NCBI RefSeq assembly: GCF_009914755.1
Contig: NC_060935.1
Strand: one strand, 5' to 3'
Source: the human T2T-CHM13v2.0 reference genome, Homo sapiens
DNA length: 64,000 bases
The notes under the pieces: generated by a model
Seen by the model: the letters and a program-made list of their open reading frames with translations, nothing else
The model's database searches: none
Told to the model about the DNA's origin: nothing
Part shown: positions 53,870 to 64,000 of the stretch, in pieces
Position numbering within the stretch: the first letter of the stretch is position 1
How the letters are laid out: the number at the start of each line of letters is the position of its first letter
Program-made: the position numbers and the translations under genes

Positions 53870-54335
53870 ATTACATGTCTTTTATATCACAGAGCCCATC
53901 TAAAAGTTGATACATCACTTCCTCCTCCTCTTTGTCATCCATTTCTTCTCCCAAGCTCCCAGTCCTCATTCAGATCAAGGAATCTCCCAATTCTGATCAA
54001 ACTCCCTGTCATCAAGACTTTAAACCTCCCCTTCTTTCCTTCACATGCATGTCCCAAATGCTTTCTACTCTACTTGGGGCATGTTTTTCATATTTGTCTT
54101 CCCTTTTCATTCTCACTCTCATAATCCAGAGGCACAGGACTTTTCTTCTGGATTGTAATGATTCTGTCCTTGTAGTCTTCCCATCAATTTCCAATGTCCC
54201 CTGTCCAGACAAGTCCTGCCATATCCATTCTTCCCATTGGACTGGTGATTCTCTGTGGTGCCCAAAGCATATAGGAATCACTTTAAGTGCGTTGTACAGT
54301 GTGTGTTTAGTTTGGGGGTGGGGGATCACTTCCAT
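53870..54335 (+). mobile_element. L2 fragment
   Basis: Pyrimidine-rich L2 body. Confidence 0.5.
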
Positions 54336-54610
54336 AAATTAACAGAGACATTCTTCTCTCATCCCACTGTTGAGAGTCCCTGACAGAGGTTTTTCTCTGC
54401 CTCTCCTCCCACAGGAAGAATTATTATCATCAGAAGCCTGTGATGCTGATAAAGTTCTTCATGTTCTTTGGGTGTGCTTGTGTGAATGAAGTGTTAAACC
54501 ATTAAACCATAAACGACTTGAAGGAATATCTTCCATCTTAGATGTCTAGTGCCTAGTACAGCACCTAAAACACAATAGGTGCACCGTAAGTATCTTTTTA
54601 ATAAAGGAGT

Positions 54611-54924
<314 letters not shown>

Positions 54925-55989
54925 CTAGCAAACCATTAACTCTTTCAAGGCAGAGACTGTATCTTTTATCATGTGTACTTAGCCCATAGTTGGTGTTCAG
55001 GACAGGCTAACTGAAAAAATAAATACATAAATAAATGGTATAAATTTCACTAGTGTCTTCAGATATGTTTCACAATGCTGGCTTGATTCCCTTTTTCTTT
55101 TATTGTTTACAAGTAGAATAACTGAACTCTTCACCTTTGACATTCAACCTAGAATTCCAGATACTTAAGACTTTTAAAGATAGTAATGGGAACTGAAAGT
55201 TATTTTCTACATTCCAAAAAGGCTAACAAATAATGCATTTACTCATATGAAGGTCAATTAAAATGACAAATTGCTTTGCTTTTGGCCAGAATATATCAAA
55301 TTAGTGTGTGGTAGCTTACTGTTGCACATTGTAAACCCTGATTGGCTGATATATGTCTTTGATTAATAAAAATAATGAGACAAATTAGTTATTGCTAAAT
55401 AAATGCAGGTTACTTGATACGTAAAATCTTTCAAAGTGTGGTTTGTGTGGAAAGAAACACATTACAAGGGCATCTTTTCCTTCACCCCCTTAATAAGGGA
55501 GCAGGCATGAAAAAACAAGTGAGAGGTCCAAGCCATCTCAACCAGACTGATATATATATAATCAACCTTGGATTCTGAGAACTGGCTTTTAGTACTTTCC
55601 CTTAGATTTTGCAAATGGAATTTTAATTGGTTTCCTTGTTTTAAAACTCTGAGAGGAGAGTTGTCTTTATTTCGTCCATTTTTGAGAGCTAATGAGGCCC
55701 AGGGAGGTTAGGTGACCTTCCCGCAGCCATCAACCACACAGCCGTAAAGGGAACTCTCTTCTCCGTCCCAAGCCAACCACTTAGTTCACATGGATATTCT
55801 TTTTTCTTGATGTAATGAGGAGAAAAAAGTTCATGATGATTATTTAACCACTTACTCAACAAATATTTATTATGCACATATTGTGTGCCATTTGGGCTTT
55901 GAGATATCCAGCTAGGAGAATGGCAGATTATCAGAGGAGACAGGGGGAGGCTTGACAATGACACCAAAAAATCCCAAAGGGGGACTTCT

Positions 55990-56430
55990 GCCAAAATTCA
56001 TCTCCCTGGATTACACCCTTACCTTTCTCCCATTCAATGGCTCTCTATTGTGTATCAGGGTTCAAATAATTTTTTTCTGGCATTTAAGGCATCCTGTAAT
56101 TGGGCCCACATACATTTCCTTTACGATTTATTTATGGCCCATCATGCTCCAGCCACAGAGGGCCTGTGACCTTTTTTCAACACATCACCCACAGACACAT
56201 CATTGTCCCTGCTCGTGCTGTTCCCTCAGGTTAGGAAAATTCAATCTTCAACCTCCAACTACTGAAACATACCCGTCTTCAGGTGAAATGCTTCCTCCTG
56301 CTTGTGTCTGTAAAGCTGTTCATTTTAGGTCTCTTTATACTTCAGACACTTGCAAGACTTTCTCTCTGATTAGACTAAGTTCCCTGAAGCAGGGCCAAGC
56401 CTTACTCATGTGTTTACCACTACAAAGTCT
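55990..56430 (+). mobile_element. L2 fragment
   Basis: ttcaatggctctctattg...ctggcatttaaggc...tagactaagttccctgaagcaggg. Confidence 0.6.
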
Positions 56431-58039
56431 ATCTTTAATCTTGACAACCTCCACAAATGCTGTGTGTTGACCCTGACTCTGTGCCAGGCATTGGTACCAA
56501 ACACAATATATACTTTATCTTATTTAATTCTCATAGCAAACTATGATGAGAGTGCTATAGTTATTCTGGCTTCACGGATAATAGCAGAAGCTCAGTGTGG
56601 TTCTATTTTAGGACCCTTCTCCTAAAACTTTAGACTTCAATATACACATTCCTCAGTGAAGGAAAATGAAGGCAAAGCCCTAGAGATGGGGCTCCTTTCT
56701 TCTATCTGACCAATGTTCTTCAAGTATTACCTACAAGAAGGTCTAGGAGAGTCTTTGGGTACTTTCCAGAGTTAGAACCTGAGATCAAAAGGATAGAACC
56801 TGGGATCTTCAAAGCAAGATAGTGAAGTTAAAAGGATGGTAAGTGAGAACATGCCCTAAACCCAACAAAGGGACTTTGGGAGTCCTCATAAAGAAATGAA
56901 AGGAAAACATGATTGTTTCCTCTGATCCTCTGTCTACCTGTGATTACAATGGGCTCTGATGATATCTTTGATCATGATGAGACTGTGACAGTACTGTGAT
57001 TGTCAGAGATTGCAAAGTGGATTTAGGATTTTTGATAGACTTGTCAATGCATCTGCTTTATCAGGTAGTTTCATTCCCTTATCACAGTGACCTAAGTGTT
57101 ATAGGAAAGCAGACTAGCGTCACTGTAGACATGTCATAGTAGAGGACATGTCAGTAGAATCCCACAGTAGGCTTTCTGCAAGGCTGTTCTGTATCAGGTC
57201 TGATAATAATAGATTGCTGTCTTTTAGCTGTGAAATTGTGTTACAACCAAAACAAGAATTATGCGTGTTCAATGTCAGAATTTGAAACAGAGGTGCAGAT
57301 TTGTTGAGTGACTTGCCCCAGGTCACACAGCTCATCACAGAGAGATTGGAGAGCTGTATATTGGATTCCTGGTCCCATGTCAATGTTTTCTTCATACAAC
57401 ATCATTCCTGTTGAATGTCTGTGGATTTGGGAGTACATTTTCATTTCAAACTCTAATCATGACAGAGAAAACATGTTCCCTTTTCACTGCATAGTCCAAG
57501 CTTACAGCTAATGAGCAAATACTGTTATTTTTCCTCAACTGTGTTTCATGCCGGAGATATCACACTATCTACTTTATTGGTTTAAATTATTCAGCTCTTA
57601 ATTATCATATTATGAATGTTTAATTTTTGTCCTGATATTGTCAGAAAGTAAACGTGCCCTTGCACCAGTGGGCTTTGGTCCTGAAATGTGGTTCCACATT
57701 CACTACACCAGCAAGAGCAATCTCTTCTACAGAGGCCCTGGGACTGTGCAGTGCTTGTCTAAGGATTCCCCAAAGCTGCACTTTCCTTCTGACCTAAAAG
57801 TCAGTGATTAAAGCAGGGAGTTGCTAACTTTTGGCATACCTGGGAAAATAAAAGTCTTAAAATAATTTCCAGGGAAACAGGAAGTAATTTCAAGAAATGG
57901 GGACCTCGTTTTGTAATTTATTTGTAATATATATAAGTTAAGTTTCCCTTTAATTAAGGAGGAAGAACAGTTGAGAAATTTTGCTGCAAAGCAAATAGTC
58001 TTTTACTATATCGTAATAATGATCATGTGTCCTGTGTCA

Positions 58040-58370
58040 TTTTTCCACATCCGCAGTCTCTGTGACAGGATTCCCCTCACACAACTCTTTCTCCATATTT
58101 GAACAATAATAAGATCTTTATTCTGACTTCTAAATTTTCCAAATCTATCTTCTCATTATTCTCACCACTGTTTTCCTAGTTCTTGCTCTCATGATTTACT
58201 ATGCAGACAGTTGCACTATCTTTCTAGTAGGCTTTCCTTTGTGGTTATTTTGAAGCCCCCCTCTGCATGACCACCAGAGTGATCTAAGTCTAAATTCTGA
58301 CCACATTAGTTCTCTGCTTAAAACCCTTCCACAATGCAGGATCCTTCAGCAGTAGCTTTCAAACTGTCCC
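58040..58370 (+). mobile_element. L2 fragment
   Basis: ccaccagagtgatct...tctctgcttaaaacccttc. Confidence 0.6.
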
Positions 58371-58638
58371 ACAGAAGGGTCCATAATGACCAAAGAGAAG
58401 AAAGCATGTCCGAGTGGCTGGGGTCTGAGCCTGAGCTGGCCTGCCATGAGTGCAATGTTTCTTTGCAGTTGATCTCAAAAATTGTCAAGAATCTTACATC
58501 CCAACAATTACATGGGTTTTTATTGTAAAAATCATACCTTTTATCAGAACTCACAAAATTGGCACTCTAGGAGATGGTCCAAATCTATCCCTGGACTTTG
58601 TAGCCCCTCTGAAAGGCCACCTCCTTATCCTCAGGCAT

Positions 58639-58640
<2 letters not shown>

Positions 58641-58691
<51 letters not shown>

Positions 58692-58706
58692 TGTGTGTGT
58701 ATGTAT
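58641..58706 (+). repeat. (GT)25 perfect microsatellite with a degenerate tail
   Basis: 50 uninterrupted nt at 58641-58690. Confidence 0.97.
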
Positions 58707-58738
58707 GTTAGTTTTAAGAGACCTGTGAAATTATTATT

Positions 58739-58997
<259 letters not shown>

Positions 58998-59034
58998 GAA
59001 ATTATTCTTATGTGACAGAAACAGAAGGAAAGAG

Positions 59035-59165
59035 CAATTTATTGAGACTAAATGCCAGGCACTGTTAGACCCTTTCCTTAATGGACCTCATGTGTTGTTC
59101 AACCTCCCCTAGATGATGGGGGTGTTATCCTTATTTTACAGATGAGGGAATTGAAGCTTAGCTAT
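59035..59165 (-). mobile_element. MIR
   Basis: tgccaggcactgtt...attttacagatgagggaattgaagct. Confidence 0.75.
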
Positions 59166-61014
59166 ATCATGCACTTCGCACAGAAAAATGACAGAAGGGA
59201 AATATAGCAAGTAGCTAACAGCAGTTATGGGTGATTTTAATTTTTGTTTCTTATATTTTTTATCTTTCCGAACTTTCTACAATTACCATGAATTGTTCTT
59301 CCTAAAAGAACTAATATAAACTATATGAAAAGATTAAATGAGATAATCCATATGAGAGTCCTTAGCACAGTGCTTGGTAAATCAATTTTATTCTCATTCC
59401 TTATTCATCTTTGTATCCATCACAGCATCCAGCACCCATACTCCTAATTAAGAGCCAATAAAGCCAGGTTCCACTCAATTGGATTAACAATTCAACTGAA
59501 GATTATTTTAGTGTTATTTCCTCCAATAATAAATCTGCAACCATAAATTACATACACATGGGATCGGCTGGTTAAAATACATCTCATTAAGCTAAGTTTA
59601 AGACTTTTGGTTAGCCAGTCAAAATATAGTACCTCGCATTTATTAAGGTTTTACTATGCAGAAGATTCTATGCTTTGTGCTTTAAGGGTATCATGTTTTT
59701 AGTCACGTCAACAATTTTATGAGATCGCCATTATTATGATCCCCAGCAATGGAAAAGTAAATAACACGCCCCAGTTTACCTGACCAGTAAGTCGAAGAAC
59801 CAAAATTCATACCTGGTGACAGTGGACTCCAAGTTCCTCCTTTAAAATCCTCATGCTAGGCTGGAGCCTAAGGTTTGTTGGCATTTCCACACAAGCATTT
59901 CTGATTTTAAACATGCTCTATGTCACTGACTGCCTGCTATGGATCAGACACTTTGATTCACCTTGTTTTATCCATATAATAAAATGTGCCTCACTGGGTC
60001 TTTTCACATATGAGATAACAAGATTTAACAATTTGCCTAAAGTCCCACAGTAAGGGGCAGAGCTGGGATTTACAAGCAGTTTTGACCCAAAAGCCTTCTG
60101 ATTTTTGTTGCTGGGTGCTGTCTCTATGTTTGTACAGTGCTATAAAGCTCCAGAATGCTCAATGCACACACCAGATCCTTAAACACACTTGTAATACAAT
60201 ACCAAACCCAGTTTAAGCATTAGATTTGCCTTTAGCAAAATTCATCTTTCACTCTGCATGGAAAGCCTCTCAGTGCCTGTAAAAGAAGTGCCGGGCCTGC
60301 TCAGAAGCAGCTCATTTGTCTCCAGTCTCTGCAGTTCCTGTCCACTGCAGAGGTTTATGGCTGCCAGTCCACTACGGGGCCTGCTGCCCGCTGAGCTTGT
60401 CTGTTTCACTACAGTAGGCAAATGGACTCTGCAGAACAGAACACACTGATTCTCTCCTCCACTATTGATATGCAACACACCCATGACCTAGAAAATAGAT
60501 CTGAATTCCAACTATAATTTATAGACCCTGGCCCTGTTGGGATGAAACAGAAAATAAATAGACCCTCAGGAAGTTATTTGTTGGGGACTTGATGGCTTGA
60601 CACGGATGCTCATGGCCCTGTCCAAGTTCACGAGCCCATGCCGGGGCTATTATGCCTCCAAGGAAACAGATGGGGCTAAGTCAAGGAGAATGAGAAGATG
60701 GGGCTGGTGGCAGCTAGAGGGGAGGAAAGGAGGACTCGGAAGCCACAGGCTTATAGGAGGATGAATCATGCTTTTCATCTGCTTGTGCATAAAAGCTGAT
60801 AAATGGATCCTCCTGAGATACGTAGTAAACGGTCAGTCCCACCCAGTCAGTTCCTGTGGTCCTCTGGACTAGGGCTGTGCACTTTGGGGGTGGAGAAGGG
60901 TGGGATCTGGAATTTCTTAAAGTGCCTTAGAACTGCTTGAGGGAAACCCTAAGCTCACAGAGTTGCGGCCCACTCTCAGTCCTGTGGCTAGCTTCTATCT
61001 CAGTTCCTTTCACC

Positions 61015-61054
61015 ATAGCTCCCTTACTGGGAATAGCTCCCTTACTGGGAATAG
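61015..61054 (+). repeat. Perfect 18-bp tandem duplication
   Basis: atagctcccttactggga twice, then atag. Confidence 0.95.
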
Positions 61055-61439
61055 AGCCCCACTGCAGGTTCAGAAGTGCCCTGATTGACTCAGCAAGCAC
61101 TGTCCTTTGGGCCAGGTCCCCAGAAAAGCATTCCGCTCTAAGACAGACTGACTACTTACTCAAGGAAGTGCCACTCACCTGTCTCCAATACCACCGACTT
61201 GCACACAAGCTTCCCACTGCCAAGCCTTACCCCAAAAACCTAACCTTATCCCAGGTCTGGATGTTTCTCAATCATGTCCTGATTTGCTACATCCCTTTGG
61301 ACACTCCTTTATATTGCTACCTACCTGTTTAATCTTTTTGTATCTATGTCCTTCTTATCCTGTCTTCTTTCATTTCCCTGCCACACTTTTTAAATTGAAG
61401 ACTACGTCTGCATTGAACTTGAACCTATAAAAATATCTT

Positions 61440-61920
61440 AGAGTCTTGAAGACATTATGAAGACCCATTGATGACCATTGAGTGTGGGTGACTAGATGTG
61501 GGGGCGAAAGAAAGAGGTAAGACAAATACAGCTCCTGTAATTTTAGCCTAAGACACTGAAAAGGGAGAAAACCGGGAGTAGAGGAGATTTGGTGGTGATG
61601 TGGACGGAATTTAAGAGTGCAATTTGGGATATGTTAAATCTGAGATTATTTTATAATTTCCATAAGTGGGAGTTGCAGAATTAGTTGAATTTTTGGGTCC
61701 AGAGTTCAGAGAAGAGGTCTAGGCTGCAGATTTAAATGTGGAAGACATCAGGTGTACATGGCATTTAAACCCTTGTGATGTGATGTGATGTGATGAGTCC
61801 ATCTATATAGGGAGTATATAGAGTAAAGAGGTTCTGGGCCTGAGCACTGCAAGTTATAAAGATTTCTGAAGGTAAGGAGGACTCAAAGGAGAACTATAAA
61901 AGGCATACAGAGGAAGCAAG
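61440..61920 (-). mobile_element. L2 fragment
   Basis: tttgggatatgttaaatctgaga...agttcagagaagaggtctaggctgcagat. Confidence 0.72.
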
Positions 61921-62194
61921 GCAGGAGCTGTGCTTCCTTGAATTATAAGAGCTTCCGTTTCCTGAATGACACCTCTACTGTGTCTTCCAGGTGCCAGTGC
62001 TTTGCTTGCATTTCCTTAGTCCTCACAAATAACTGGCAAGGGGGATATTGCTCCCCTCGTTTTCCAGGGAGGTAACTAAGACTGGGAGAAGTAAAATGAC
62101 TTGACCAAGGTTACATAATGGGAAATGGAAGAAATGGGGCTTAAAATTAAGTCTGGCTGGCTGGGTAGAATTTGATGAGTGAAAAGAGGAGCAA

Positions 62195-62435
62195 ACATTT
62201 CTTGAGTTCCGAGTGCCTGGTAATAATTAGGCAGTAATACTTCAGGCATCATGCTAGGCATGTTTATATACTCGGTCTCACTTAATCCTCACAACGTCCC
62301 TGTAAGGTCAAAACAGTTAGCTTTGTTTTTCTGGTTGAGAAAATTGTGATGTGGAGAAATTTAGTAATCTGCCCAAGGTTTCATAGCTAGTGGAGCCAGG
62401 ACAAGAATTCATGCCTCTCTGGCTACCAAGCCTGC
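62195..62435 (-). mobile_element. MIR
   Basis: ttaatcctcacaac...agtaatctgcccaagg...tagctagtggagccagg. Confidence 0.75.
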
Positions 62436-63259
62436 TCTCTCTTCATTATTCCCTCTTTATGCTGAGAGCAGTAGAGAAAAAGGCATGAATGTGCACTTCC
62501 CTGTGGGTCCTGAGATGTGTAAGAACTGTGACATGTACCAGCCAATGTGACCAGAGTAGTCTACACTCCAGGGGCTCTTCCCATTCTTTTCTCTGCTCGC
62601 CCAAGGTTCTGACTCTTCCAGAATCTGCTTCACACTGAGCTGGCATCCTGAACAGATATGGGCAAGGCAGAAGTGCCTCATCTGCCAGGACCTTTTCACA
62701 GCTGATTTGTTAATTGGGACAAGCACTCACAAAAGCACTGATTTGATGTCAACTAAATTATCTGGCACTCACAACCCAAATTAAAGATTTGAAGTGCATG
62801 GTTGGCATTGGAATGATGCACTCCTTCCTCTCACAATAAATGACCTGGAGTTTCCCATACGATGGGAAGCAAAGGAAAGTGACTCTGTGACTACTACTCT
62901 GTGACTCCAGCTACCATGTTCCAGGTACGACAATAACTGTGTGTGTGTGGTACAATCACACTGAGGATAAAGGGTTACAATCCCCATTTTACAGATGAAT
63001 AAACTAAAATAAACAAAACTCAGATCAAGTACAGTTCTCAAGGTTCTATGACTAACAAGCAGCAGGATAAGGAGTGAGACACAGAGCAACAATATAATTA
63101 TTTTAAATCTATTTCTCTGTTTTTTTTTTTTTTTTTTTTTTTTCCGAATATTGAACAAAAGGAAAGTAAAGAACCTAGGAGAGAGGATGACATCGTACTT
63201 TGTTATGGCAACAGAATCACTTCGAGGAGAACCAGGAAGTACTATGTGGACCTTTAGAG

Positions 63260-63878
<619 letters not shown>

Positions 63879-64000
63879 TTAGGCACACACCCGGAAGAGT
63901 TGAGTTGCCAGCCAAGGACTCCTGACATTAAACTCTTCATGCATTGTTCTCCACTGCCCATTCTGCCTTCCATTTAGAAGATGTGGATGTTGAAGCCACA

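Noticed and set aside
55952-56470. Longest ORF in the track (172 aa)
   Set aside because: Non-ATG start, overlaps a decayed L2, and has no recognisable domain.
60240-60484. Moderately GC-rich unique block with overlapping ORFs on both strands
   Set aside because: No recognisable protein, too short and CpG-poor for an island, and no convincing splice-site pair.

Overview
This is non-coding, repeat-rich great-ape DNA, most likely human. The SVA indicates a hominoid, and AluY/S/J, L1PA/PB/ME, THE1, MLT, MIR, L2 and L3 are also present. I cannot assign the species or locus from sequence alone. I found no supportable protein-coding gene, RNA gene or CRISPR array. The ORF-track entries are chance ORFs or repeat read-throughs. 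Main landmarks: a complete but VNTR-collapsed old SVA inside an L1PB 3' end (6721-7841); a full-length dead Hsmar2 mariner (32655-33951); a MADE1 with one intact SETMAR site (41354-41417); solo THE1C and LTR1-family LTRs with intact TSDs; and two long decayed L1M bodies. LTRs, L1s and the SVA are strongly biased to the + strand, which suggests a long intron of a minus-strand gene. Best second-look items: three AP-1 sites in a MER102, one added by duplication; a 35-bp TPRT micro-insertion; twin AG|GT splice motifs on the minus strand; a CpG-retaining RCGTG cluster; and several palindromes and templated-duplication scars. I found no convincing new multi-gene system. Repeat family names come from recalled consensus sequences, and boundaries of old repeats are approximate.
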